From Acidobacteriaceae bacterium (GTDB lineage Bacteria > Acidobacteriota > Terriglobia > Terriglobales > Acidobacteriaceae), in assembly GCA_003164855.1 (NCBI GenBank), contig PLUI01000225.1, forward strand, positions 72,723 to 114,942: a DNA stretch of 42,220 nucleotides, read 5' to 3'. The notes beneath the pieces are model-generated. The model saw nothing but the letters and a program-made list of their open reading frames with translations, was not told the origin of the DNA and ran no database searches. This document shows, one piece after another, positions 7,467 through 16,517 of this stretch (the first letter of the stretch is position 1; each line of letters starts with the position of its first letter). Both the position numbers and the translations under genes were made by a program.

Positions 7467-10400
7467 CTAGCTCGCGGAAGCTGCGGCTGCGTGCGCTTTC
7501 TGCAATAACCGTCGCGCCTGGGAGATGAGATCGGCCACTTCGAAGGGTTTCACCAGGTAAGGGATATTGTTTTGCAGCAGGAAGGCTCGGTCTTCGCCCT
7601 GCTCTACGCCGTGTGAGAAGGTGAACAGTAAGTGATTTTCCATGCCCGGGCAATTCTGGGTAAGCCAGGCGTAGGCCTCTTTTGTATTCCAGTCGGCAGG
7701 CATTCTGCCGCTCATAATCACGGCATCGAAGGGCTCGGAAAGCAAACGTGTTTTCACGTCCTCACTCTTGGCAGCCGTCACCACGTTGGCCCCGGCGCCG
7801 GTGAGCACGTCGCGCTCGAACTCCAGCACCGCCTCTTCTTCTTCCACCAGCAGAACCCGGCCCTGGATCGCGCCTTCGCGCTTGGGCGGAGCGACCGGCG
7901 CCGCTTCCAGAGTTGTTCCGGCTGTAACGGCCATGGGCAGACGGACTTCAATGACCGCGCCGCCTTCGCTAGCATTGTGAGCCGTGATGTCGCCGCCGTG
8001 TTCCTTCACGATTCCGTAGCAAATGCTAAGACCCAGACCAGTTCCCTTGCCAACGTTCTTGGTAGTGTAGAAGGGATCGAAAATTCTTTTGGGATCCTTG
8101 ATTCCGGGGCCGTCGTCGGAAAACTGCACGGCCACGAAGCCGCTTTCGCGGGAAACACGAATCTTCAGCTTGCCGGATCGGCCGGTTTCCAGAACGGCAT
8201 CTACGGCGTTATTGATGATGTTCAGAAAGACTTGCTCGATCTGGTGCGGGTCGGCCACTACCATCGCGGGATCGTCTCCCAGATTCCTCTCCACGGCGAT
8301 GTGGTTGACCTTGAGATCGTAGTCGCGGAGGGCGAGCGTTTCGTCCAGCACCTTGCGGACATCGACCTCGGAGCGTTCCGGCTTTCTCTGCCGCGCGAAG
8401 GAAAGCAGATTCTGGACTACGCGGTGAGTCCGCTGCGCTTGTTTGAACATCTTGGCGACGTAGTCTTGCGCGCGTTCGTTCAAACCTTCGCTTTCGAGCA
8501 GCTGCGCGTAACCTAGAATCGCAGTCAGGGGGTTGTTCAACTCGTGGGCTACGCCGGCAATGAGCTGGCCTACGGCCGACATTTTCTCGCTCTGCAGAAG
8601 CTGTTCCTGGGTGCGGCGGAGATCTTCGTAGGCTTTGCAGGTCTCTTCGTAGAGACGAACTTTTTCGATCGTCGTTGCCAGCTGGCGGCTGATAGCCACG
8701 AGCAGGTTCTCTTCGCCGGTCGAATATTCGTATTCGACATGGCTGCGCAATCCCATCATGCCGATAGGGCTGTCCTTGCCCCAGAACAGCACCCAGTTCC
8801 AGGCACCGTCGCTATTGGAGCGGATGAACTCGGCCACCGCACCGGTGAGATGCGGCAGGTATTCCGCAGTGATGACCTCCGCACGCGAACGCATTACGAG
8901 ATCGCCAAAGCCATCCGCGAAGCTGATTTCTGCAGGCCGGGATTTATCGCGGCTGCGAGGTCCCCAGGCGGCTCGACGGCGGTAGGTGGGGGCGTCGGAA
9001 TCCGAAAGGTATACGGCCCCGCTCTCGGCGCCAAACAGCGAGACTACCTGCCGCAGGGTCAGGTTGAGGATTTCATCGAGATCAAAGGATTGCGTCGCCA
9101 CCACTGCCATGGCGTTCAGAGCGTTCAGTTCGCGATTGCGGCGGCGCATCTCGTCTTCGGCGCGGCGCTTCTCGGTCACATCCAGAACAAAGCCCTGATA
9201 GCGTTCGACTTTTCCGGCCGCGTCGCGAGTGGCGAAACTGCTCTCGGCCGAGAGCAGCAGGGTCCCGTTTTTGCGGCGCATGGTGACTTCAAAATTGCGA
9301 ACGTAATTCTGCTGTTCAATCTGTTTGTGAAAAGCCTCGCGCTGGCCGGCATCGACGCGGATATCTTCGTCCAGGTTCAGGCTGAGCAATTCTTCGCGCC
9401 GGTCGTAGCCCAGCATGCGCACAAAGGCATCATTACAGTCGAGCAAACGGCCCGCGGGCGTGGCGATGTAAACCCCTTCTTGCACCTGGTCGAACAGCAG
9501 GCGGTATTTTTCCTCCGCCGAACGCCGTTCGGTGATGTCGCGCACGATGTGGATAGTGCCTTTTTGTTTGCTGCCTTGCTCGGTGTAGGACGAAGTGGAG
9601 ACCAGCGAGAATCCGCCAAAACAAGGGTCCGCGGCTTCGGTGATTTCTTCATCGCCGCGGGCGCAGTAGGGGCATCCCGTCCACTCACCCAAGGTATGCG
9701 GCAAGACCGATTCGCAGGTGCTGCCAATCACATCGGCGGACGATTGTTCCAACTGTTCGAGGAGAATCTGGTTGGCTTTGATGATGCGGAATTCGGCATC
9801 GTGCGCCAGGATGATGTCATGCACCGAATCAAATGTATTTCTCCACTGGCGCTGCGAGCGTAGAACCTGCTCGAGCAAACGGAAGTTCTCGATCGCGATT
9901 CCGAGCTGGCGTCCACAGGTTTCAAGGAACTCGGTTTCCTCGGCAGTCAGTTTTCTCTGCGTCGCGGTGCCCAGAATAAGTAATCCTATGGGCGACTTTT
10001 TTCCCAGGACTGGCACCATCAATAAGTGGCGAATCTTTTCCGACTTCAGCAGATGTTGATCTTCCGGGCTGGCTTCGTCCCTTCGAATGGTCACCGGCTG
10101 GCCTCGTTCCAGCATCTGCGACACACTTTGGGACAGCTCCGCGATGCCCACTTCGCGGAGGAAGTCCTGCGAAACTCCAACGGCGTGGGTGGCTACCAAA
10201 TGTCCGCCCTCGATCAAGCGAAACCATGCTGCCTTACTTCTGGTGAGCTGCTGCAAAGCCTCGAGGGCCTTGTCCATCATGCCGCCTTGCTGTTGGGCGA
10301 CGACGATGCTGTCGGTCAACGAACGCAGAACAATCAACCGTTGTGCCCGTGCGCGCGCCTCCCGAAATACGAACAGCAGCATGCTGATTCCGAGCAGACA

Positions 10401-10979
10401 CTCTGCGGCGGCGAAGACTCCTCCGGGAACCTGGCTGGTGAAGGGCAGCCAGTTCAGATGCGGCACCAGAAGAAGCGCCGCGAGCATCCACGAGAGTGGT
10501 TCCCGGCGGCCGCGGCGGGCGCGCAATAAGGCAATTGCCGCGGTCAGGAGAATGATTCGGTAAGCGACTTCCAGAGCTACGCGCAGGGGTAACGAATCGG
10601 GCCAGAGGAGGACGCGAGCCACGGCGAAACCCGCGGTGCAGGCGGTTACGGCAGCTAGTGGCGCCAGCAGATTCCGCTCGCGGATATAAACCAAGACGGC
10701 TCCAGCGCATAGACCGATCGCGATCACGAATGCCGCTTGCTCAACCGCCGGGAGATAGCGTGCAGGAATTTGCGTTGCTGCGCCGAATGTTCCCACGAAA
10801 CGCGAACTGAGCAGCAGGGCCCACGCCGCCGTCCACACTGCGAGGTAGCGTTCGCGGAACGCGCATAGAACTATCAACGAAGCCGCCAGAACGATCAACA
10901 GGGCACACTCCCCCGGCTTCAGCCTCGCGATGACGGGCTGTGCGACGGTGTTCCAGAAAGACCAAAGGGAAGCGGTCAT
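7467..10979 (-). CDS. Multi-domain membrane sensor histidine kinase (7TM - GAF - PAS - PAS - GAF - HisKA - HATPase_c - degenerate receiver)
   Basis: About 7 N-terminal TM helices. H-box AHELNNPLTAILGYAQLL (His812), N-box FLNIINNAVDA, G1 DDGPGI, G2 GKGTGLGLS. Two PAS-like and two GAF-like segments by length and pattern. The C-terminal REC-like fold ends in LVKPF. Confidence 0.9.
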   Translation of the reverse strand: MTASLWSFWNTVAQPVIARLKPGECALLIVLAASLIVLCAFRERYLAVWTAAWALLLSSRFVGTFGAATQIPARYLPAVEQAAFVIAIGLCAGAVLVYIRERNLLAPLAAVTACTAGFAVARVLLWPDSLPLRVALEVAYRIILLTAAIALLRARRGRREPLSWMLAALLLVPHLNWLPFTSQVPGGVFAAAECLLGISMLLFVFREARARAQRLIVLRSLTDSIVVAQQQGGMMDKALEALQQLTRSKAAWFRLIEGGHLVATHAVGVSQDFLREVGIAELSQSVSQMLERGQPVTIRRDEASPEDQHLLKSEKIRHLLMVPVLGKKSPIGLLILGTATQRKLTAEETEFLETCGRQLGIAIENFRLLEQVLRSQRQWRNTFDSVHDIILAHDAEFRIIKANQILLEQLEQSSADVIGSTCESVLPHTLGEWTGCPYCARGDEEITEAADPCFGGFSLVSTSSYTEQGSKQKGTIHIVRDITERRSAEEKYRLLFDQVQEGVYIATPAGRLLDCNDAFVRMLGYDRREELLSLNLDEDIRVDAGQREAFHKQIEQQNYVRNFEVTMRRKNGTLLLSAESSFATRDAAGKVERYQGFVLDVTEKRRAEDEMRRRNRELNALNAMAVVATQSFDLDEILNLTLRQVVSLFGAESGAVYLSDSDAPTYRRRAAWGPRSRDKSRPAEISFADGFGDLVMRSRAEVITAEYLPHLTGAVAEFIRSNSDGAWNWVLFWGKDSPIGMMGLRSHVEYEYSTGEENLLVAISRQLATTIEKVRLYEETCKAYEDLRRTQEQLLQSEKMSAVGQLIAGVAHELNNPLTAILGYAQLLESEGLNERAQDYVAKMFKQAQRTHRVVQNLLSFARQRKPERSEVDVRKVLDETLALRDYDLKVNHIAVERNLGDDPAMVVADPHQIEQVFLNIINNAVDAVLETGRSGKLKIRVSRESGFVAVQFSDDGPGIKDPKRIFDPFYTTKNVGKGTGLGLSICYGIVKEHGGDITAHNASEGGAVIEVRLPMAVTAGTTLEAAPVAPPKREGAIQGRVLLVEEEEAVLEFERDVLTGAGANVVTAAKSEDVKTRLLSEPFDAVIMSGRMPADWNTKEAYAWLTQNCPGMENHLLFTFSHGVEQGEDRAFLLQNNIPYLVKPFEVADLISQARRLLQKAHAAAASAS

Positions 10980-10981
10980 TT

Positions 10982-11009
10982 TTAGTAGATCAGTTTTAGT
11001 CGATCAGTT
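10982..11009. repeat. Tandem 14-bp direct repeat abutting the kinase start codon
   Basis: TTAGTAGATCAGTT (10982-10995) is followed at once by TTAGTCGATCAGTT (10996-11009), with one mismatch. A partial third copy, CAATCGTTCAG, follows. It lies in the divergent kinase/regulator intergenic region. Confidence 0.6.
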
Positions 11010-11153
11010 CAATCGTTCAGGCGCTTGTCAGGCGCGCATGGCAGACGTAACCCTGCCTGGTTTCTAAATATCACGCTTGGGCCGTATCTCGATGAAGTTT
11101 CAGGACCTCAATGGTTACTTTCGGCATCTCACGAGTGAGGTAGAATCGCCGAT

Positions 11154-11169
11154 AGTATCTTGAGATACT
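11154..11169. promoter_or_regulatory. Perfect 7-bp-arm palindrome just upstream of the response-regulator start
   Basis: AGTATCT-TG-AGATACT at 11154-11169, ending 3 nt before the ATG at 11173. This is a candidate operator or translation-control hairpin. Confidence 0.4.
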
Positions 11170-11172
11170 CTG

Positions 11173-12267
11173 ATGCCTGACCGCATTCTCGTAGTCGACG
11201 ACGAAGAGGCAATCCGCGAGATTGTCTGTGCCATCCTGGAAGCGGCCGGTTACGCCTGCAAACAGTCAGGGTCCGGCATGGAAGCCCTGGCTCTGCTTAA
11301 TTCCGGCGAACAATTTGAGCTTATGCTTTCCGATCTGATGATGGCGGACCTTGATGGCATCGGATTGCTGGAACGCACCAAAGAAAAGTTTCCGGAAATG
11401 CCTGTAGTGATGGTCACGGCGGTGCATGACATTTCCGTGGCGCTGGCCGCAATTCGCAACGGCGCGTACGACTATTTGCTGAAGCCGTTCGAGCGAGAAC
11501 AGTTACTCAATGCGGTAGGGCGGGCCCTGGAAAATCGCCGTCTGAAGGTAGAAAACCGCACTTATCAAACAAATCTGGAGTCGTTAGTCGAAGCTCGCAC
11601 CGACCAACTGCAAACCGCGATGACCGACCTCGAACGGTCGTACGACATCACGCTGCAGGCTTTGGGCGATGCGCTCGACCTCAAAGACCGCGAGACCGAA
11701 GGCCATTCCAAACGGGTCACCGCATTTACCATGGCGATTGCCCGCGCCATGGGCCTGCCGCGCGAGCAGATCGACGTGATCGCCCGCGGAGCGTTCCTGC
11801 ACGATATTGGCAAGATGGCCATTCCGGACCGCATTCTGCTCAAGCCGGGGAAGCTCGACGAAGACGAAAAGGTGATCATGCGCGAGCATTGTTATCACGG
11901 CTACCAGATGCTCAGGAGGATTCCCTTCCTCGCCGAGGTTTGCGAGATTGTTTATTCCCACCAGGAACATTTCGATGGATCCGGCTATCCGCGGGGCTTG
12001 AAGGGGACTGAAATCCCTCTGGGAGCGCGCATTTTCTCCGTCGCCGATACTCTCGATGCCATCATTTCCGACCGGCCTTATCGCCCGGCTCGGTCTCTGG
12101 CGGCGGCTCGTAAAGAAATCCAGGTTTGGGCGGGACGTCAGTTTGATCCGGAAGTAGTCGAGATATTTCTAAAAATGCCCGACGACATCTTCGAAGATCT
12201 GCGCCGGGAAATTAACGCGCAGAGCTATCCGTTCACCTACTCTTCCAGCGCGAAGGGCGCGTCTTAA
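11173..12267 (+). CDS. Response regulator with HD-GYP output domain (c-di-GMP phosphodiesterase type)
   Basis: Canonical REC domain (ILVVDDEE...MLSDLMMADLDG...VVMVTA...LLKPF). HD-GYP domain follows (HSKRV...FLHDIGKMAIPD...HQEHFDGSGYPRGL). Confidence 0.9.
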   Translation: MPDRILVVDDEEAIREIVCAILEAAGYACKQSGSGMEALALLNSGEQFELMLSDLMMADLDGIGLLERTKEKFPEMPVVMVTAVHDISVALAAIRNGAYDYLLKPFEREQLLNAVGRALENRRLKVENRTYQTNLESLVEARTDQLQTAMTDLERSYDITLQALGDALDLKDRETEGHSKRVTAFTMAIARAMGLPREQIDVIARGAFLHDIGKMAIPDRILLKPGKLDEDEKVIMREHCYHGYQMLRRIPFLAEVCEIVYSHQEHFDGSGYPRGLKGTEIPLGARIFSVADTLDAIISDRPYRPARSLAAARKEIQVWAGRQFDPEVVEIFLKMPDDIFEDLRREINAQSYPFTYSSSAKGAS

Positions 12268-12418
12268 CCCGAGTCCCTTACCTGGCGCGTGCCTCATTTT
12301 AACCACAGTATTCGCATTGCAATATCAGACCTGCGCGGCGTTCTTATTGCAGACGCGTCTTCAGGCTTACCATAAGCAAAGCTCAAATATACCGACGATT
12401 CCACCCTGGGGGTATTGC

Positions 12419-13138
12419 ATGAAATTCGCAGCCTGTCTTCTGGCGCTTTTTATGTTCTCAATCGCAGCGATCGCGCAGGAGCATCCCGCCCTAAGCGCGC
12501 TGCCAAATTCGGTTTACGTGGGCGCCGACGGAAAATTCGAATCGGCTCCCGACACCGCGGTAATTCAGTTCAACATTTCGGTGCAGGAAGAAACGTCGCA
12601 GGGCGCTTATCAGCACGCGTCGAAGGATGCCGAGCAGGTTCGCGAGGTGCTTCGTGCCAACGGGATCGAACCCAAATCCGCGACCTTGGGATTCTTTTCG
12701 GTGCAGCCGATGTATGACTGGAAAAACGCCAAGCAGAAGCTGATTGGCTACCGCGTGATCACCGACGTGACGCTCAAGCTGAAAGATTTTTCGAAGATTG
12801 GGCCCATCACGCAGCAACTGGCCGACGCTAACGTCAGCGAAAGACAAACTTTGAACTATACGCTGGAGAATATTGACGAGGCCAAGAATAAAGCCGTAGA
12901 GGATGCGTACCGCCGGGCACGGAACTCCGCTGAGACGGTCGCGCGTGCGAGCGGACGTAGTTTGGGCGAGCTTTCCTACGCGTCGGTCGATACGTTTGAG
13001 AATGCGCGCATGCCAGTCCCACATATGGCGCGGGCCATGTCCATGACGCCAAATGCCGCGCCCGCTCCCACGGAGGAATTCACACCGCAGAACGTGACAG
13101 TGACGGCGCACGTGAATGCGCTCTTCAACCTGAAGTAA
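12419..13138 (+). CDS. SIMPL/DUF541-family periplasmic protein
   Basis: Signal peptide MKFAACLLALFMFSIAAIAQ. The overall pattern (PDTAVIQFNISV..., GYRVITDVTLKLKDFSKIGPI, NYTLENIDEAKNKAVEDAYRRARNSAETVARASGRSLGEL) fits the SIMPL family. The track ORF opens at 12317, but the ATG at 12419 starts the signal peptide. Confidence 0.75.
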   Translation: MKFAACLLALFMFSIAAIAQEHPALSALPNSVYVGADGKFESAPDTAVIQFNISVQEETSQGAYQHASKDAEQVREVLRANGIEPKSATLGFFSVQPMYDWKNAKQKLIGYRVITDVTLKLKDFSKIGPITQQLADANVSERQTLNYTLENIDEAKNKAVEDAYRRARNSAETVARASGRSLGELSYASVDTFENARMPVPHMARAMSMTPNAAPAPTEEFTPQNVTVTAHVNALFNLK

Positions 13139-13165
13139 GCGCGGCTCCGCTCGGGTGAGGAGATC

Positions 13166-13921
13166 TTACGGAGTCGCCTTCGCGACCGAGACGCGGGTCG
13201 CATCCACGGTGATCGGGCGCTGAATCTCCATCTCGATCGAGGTTCCCACGTCCAGCTTTACATCGGGGCCGCGCTTTAGCAACGCCCAAGCAATACCTGC
13301 CGCTGCTCCCGCGCCGGCTCCGACCCGCGCTCCGTTCAGCCCTCCGGTGGCCAGCCCTCCAGCCGTCGCGCCGCCCAGCGTGCCGTAAACGCCGCCTTTG
13401 GCTGCGTCTTCGACTTTCTTGGAAGTGTCTTTGTCCTGCTGAATCGTTCCTTCGGAATCCTTCACCGAGTTGCTGTCCGCCCCCGGCGTGTTCTCGACCG
13501 ACCCCGGGAGCATCACGGTATATCCGCTGGGAAAAATCATGGAAGTAAAGTGAATCAGGATCTCCGCGCGTCCGCTCCCGTGTCCGGCGCGCTCCACATG
13601 CGCAATCTTCCCCTGAACGTAGGAGCCCGCCGGCACAATCACGCGGTCATCTACGACGAACGGGAATGCTGTCTGGGCGTAGACCGCGTCGCCCTCGCGG
13701 GCATTCTTGGTGGAGATGGCTTGTTTGAGGGACAACGGAATCCTAGTTCCCGCGGGGATGGTGATGGTGTTGGGATCGGAGGGTGCAATAGGCGCTGAGA
13801 TCGAGCGGGCCGGCGATGCGGATGCTGCGCTCGACGGCTGAGGAGTCGGTGTCGCCGACGGTGAAGTCGTTTGGCAAACAGCAATTCCGGTAACCAGCAA
13901 CGGCATCCATAGCAATCGCAT
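13166..13921 (-). CDS. Secreted TrbI/VirB10-like beta-barrel domain protein with C-terminal glycine-zipper
   Basis: Signal peptide MRLLWMPLLVTGIAVCQ and a Ser/Pro/Ala linker. The motif pattern IPAGTRIPLSL..I.S....GD.V.A......VIVPAGSYVQGKI resembles the TrbI/VirB10 C-terminal domain. The tail GGVYGTLGGATAGGLATGGLNGARVGAGAGAAAGIAWALL is glycine-zipper-like. The track ORF opens at 13978. Confidence 0.55.
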   Translation of the reverse strand: MRLLWMPLLVTGIAVCQTTSPSATPTPQPSSAASASPARSISAPIAPSDPNTITIPAGTRIPLSLKQAISTKNAREGDAVYAQTAFPFVVDDRVIVPAGSYVQGKIAHVERAGHGSGRAEILIHFTSMIFPSGYTVMLPGSVENTPGADSNSVKDSEGTIQQDKDTSKKVEDAAKGGVYGTLGGATAGGLATGGLNGARVGAGAGAAAGIAWALLKRGPDVKLDVGTSIEMEIQRPITVDATRVSVAKATP

Positions 13922-13997
13922 CTCAAACCTCCAAATCCGATCGGCGGCGCAGCCGATTAACTCAGCCGAGAATACCACGGCTTTAGGCTCGACTTGC

Positions 13998-16517
13998 CTA
14001 ATAGAGCAAATACTTCTTCCTCACCAACTCGAACTTCTCCAACTCTTCCTGCCAATCCTGCGCGATTCGCTGCGGATCCTTCCCTGCCACGAGCCCGTCG
14101 TAAGCCGCCTGATTCACCAGCAATTCAGTCATGCGCTCCAACTTGAAGTCAGCGGGATAGAGCTTCTTCAATGCTGCGGCCAACTCGATTCCCAGCTCCG
14201 GGCCGTCTAGCGCGTTGCGATCGGTGAGAACCAGATTCACGCCTTCACACTTCTGGCCCGCATAATTACTCGTGCTGGGCGTGAACGTGACCGGGACAAA
14301 TCTGACTCCAGCAATCCCCCGACCGTTCAAGTAGGCGGCCAGTTCGCGGCTCTTCATCCAGGGAGCGCCCAAGAGTTCAAAAGGAGTATCCGTACCGCGG
14401 CCGACCGAAACATTCGTGCCTTCAATCAGGCCAACGCCGGGATACAAGCCGGCTTCGGTCACGCTGCGCAAGTTCGGCGAGGGATTCACCCACGCGAGTC
14501 CGGTGGAATCAAACCAGTCACCGCGCTGCCAGCCTTCCATGGCCACTACCGTGAGCTTCGCGTTGAGGTTGCGCTCCGCGTTGAACATCTTCGCCAGTTC
14601 ACCGACGGTCATACCATGTCGCGGCGGCAGTGTCCAATAATTCGTAAAGCTCTCGCGTCCCGCATCCGCCACTGGACCCTGTACAAACGATCCGGTGATG
14701 GGATCAGGACGATCCAGCACAATCACTTCAACTCCTGCGCTGGCGGCGGCTTCCAGAACATATCCGAGCGTCGTTTCGTAGGTATAGAATCGCACTCCGG
14801 CATCCTGGATATCGAATACCACCGCGTCGAGTTGCTTTAATACCTCCAGCGGCGGACGGCGCGCAGACTCTTTCGCTCCATACACGCTGTAGACTGGAAT
14901 CCCTGTGGCAGAATCTTTTGAGTTAGTCACGTCAGTCGTGTCGAGGGTTCCGGTCACGCCATGCTCCGGACTGAAGATCGCCTCCAGGGAAACTCCCGGC
15001 GCTTGAGCCAGCACGTCGATAGTCCGCCGTCCCTCCGCATCCAGGCCGGTCTGGTTGGTCACGAGGCCGATCTTTTTCTTGCGGCCGGCAATCTGCAGAA
15101 GGTCGAACCCATGGGCTTCGAGCACGTCGATCCCGTTCTTTACGGTGCCATTGCGTGCGCTCATGCGGCGGGCGGCGCTTTGCGCCTCGTTGTAGCCGGT
15201 AATGCTCTGCCAGCGCAGCGCTTCTTTCTCGCTCGCAGTCAGCGGCAGGGCCGCGGCCACAGCGGTTGCAACTTTCGACCGCAGGGCAATCGCATTTCCT
15301 CCGCGCGGATGCACTGCGTTCGTCAGCAGAATGATGTAGGTCTGCGTGGTGGGATCGATCCACATCGATGTTCCGGTAAATCCCGTATGGCCGTAGGAGC
15401 CAACGGGCAGGAGATCGCCGCGATTCGAGGAGAATGGAGAATCGATATCCCAGCCAAATCCGCGCAGCACCGGGGCCGATGGAGGCTGTTCCGGCCGCGT
15501 CATCTTCTCGACCGAGAGCGCAGAGAGAATGCCTCCGCCACCATTCAGCAGGGCCTGTGCGAATTTTGCCAGATCGTCCGCGGTGGAAAACAATCCGGCA
15601 TGACCGGCCACGCCGCCCATCCGCCGCGCCGTGGGATCATGCACAACCCCGCGCAGCATGTGGTCATTCTCGTCATACTGTGTGGGAGCGATCTTTGCCC
15701 GCCACGGCGTTGGTGGAAGGAAACGCGTATGCGTCATCTTGAGTGGCGCAAAAATGTGGCGCTCGCAATATTCATTGAGCGGCTCGCCTGACACTCGTTC
15801 CACCAGCGCGCCGAGCACAATAAAATTGATATCGCTGTAAGAAAAGCGCGACCCCGGCGGATCCTGGGGCGTATCGGCAAAGGCCATCTTGTAGGCTGTT
15901 TCGCTTCCTTCCCAAACAGTTTTCAAGTCGAGATCCGGCTCCAGCCCAGAGTAGTGCGTCAGCAATTGCCGGACCGTGATGTCTTCTTTTCCGTTCTGCG
16001 CAAACTCTGACAGGTACTTCGCGACTGGATCGTTCAGCCGGACTTTGCCTTGTTCGACAAGCTGCATCACTGCGGGCGTGGTTGCGACCACCTTGGTCAG
16101 CGAGGCTAGATCAAAAATCGTATCCAGCGTCATCCCTTCGCGACGCGGCTCCAGCGCGCGTGAACCGTAGGCCTTGCGATAGATCACATGGCCGTTGTGT
16201 CCGAGGATGAGAACGGCGCCGGGAATGTTGGCGTCGTGGATCGCCTGTTCAATGATTGCGTCCACTGCAGTGAAATGTACTGTGGCGGTGTGATGCTTCG
16301 ACCCCGCGTTCGCCATCGCCGTCTGGATGATTATTGGAAGGACGGTCAAGACCGCGATGAACCGGATGAATCCGCGTGCCCGATTTCTGCAAGTCTTTTG
16401 CGGAAAGGCAGCCAACGGTACCACTGCTCCTAGCGGGATTGCCTTGAGAGGAAGGATGTTCTCACTGTACACAACTACGGCGGTATCACTCAAGAAACTC
16501 AAGTAAGGGGGGTGCAC
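13998..16517 (-). CDS. Fusion protein: serine beta-lactamase-fold hydrolase (AmiE/AmpH-like) + DUF1343 (NamZ-type exo-beta-N-acetylmuramidase)
   Basis: The N-terminal half has SxxK (FDLASLTKVV), YSD and HTGFTG motifs. The C-terminal half matches the DUF1343/YbbC pattern (KIGLVTNQTG, FSPEHG, GIPVYSVYG, AVVFDIQDAGVRFYTY, VLDRPDPI, RHGMTVGELA, WVNPSPNL, EGTNVSVGRGTDTPFE). The likely true start is GTG 16424 or TTG 16415, which yields a signal peptide ...FIRFIAVLTVLPIIIQTAMA. Confidence 0.85.
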   Translation of the reverse strand: MHPPYLSFLSDTAVVVYSENILPLKAIPLGAVVPLAAFPQKTCRNRARGFIRFIAVLTVLPIIIQTAMANAGSKHHTATVHFTAVDAIIEQAIHDANIPGAVLILGHNGHVIYRKAYGSRALEPRREGMTLDTIFDLASLTKVVATTPAVMQLVEQGKVRLNDPVAKYLSEFAQNGKEDITVRQLLTHYSGLEPDLDLKTVWEGSETAYKMAFADTPQDPPGSRFSYSDINFIVLGALVERVSGEPLNEYCERHIFAPLKMTHTRFLPPTPWRAKIAPTQYDENDHMLRGVVHDPTARRMGGVAGHAGLFSTADDLAKFAQALLNGGGGILSALSVEKMTRPEQPPSAPVLRGFGWDIDSPFSSNRGDLLPVGSYGHTGFTGTSMWIDPTTQTYIILLTNAVHPRGGNAIALRSKVATAVAAALPLTASEKEALRWQSITGYNEAQSAARRMSARNGTVKNGIDVLEAHGFDLLQIAGRKKKIGLVTNQTGLDAEGRRTIDVLAQAPGVSLEAIFSPEHGVTGTLDTTDVTNSKDSATGIPVYSVYGAKESARRPPLEVLKQLDAVVFDIQDAGVRFYTYETTLGYVLEAAASAGVEVIVLDRPDPITGSFVQGPVADAGRESFTNYWTLPPRHGMTVGELAKMFNAERNLNAKLTVVAMEGWQRGDWFDSTGLAWVNPSPNLRSVTEAGLYPGVGLIEGTNVSVGRGTDTPFELLGAPWMKSRELAAYLNGRGIAGVRFVPVTFTPSTSNYAGQKCEGVNLVLTDRNALDGPELGIELAAALKKLYPADFKLERMTELLVNQAAYDGLVAGKDPQRIAQDWQEELEKFELVRKKYLLY

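Noticed and set aside
7632-9863. Long plus-strand ORFs (7632..8516, 294 aa; 8544..9863, 439 aa) opposite the sensor kinase gene
   Set aside because: They lie antisense to a gene with unambiguous HisKA/HATPase/PAS motifs. Their composition is low-complexity and Arg/Gly/Ala/Val-rich with no motifs. These are typical shadow ORFs of GC-rich coding DNA.
13166-13921. Considered whether the TrbI/VirB10-like gene marks a conjugative element or type IV secretion system
   Set aside because: No VirB4/VirD4 ATPases, VirB9, relaxase, integrase or flanking repeats occur anywhere in the window. Its neighbours are housekeeping or signalling genes.
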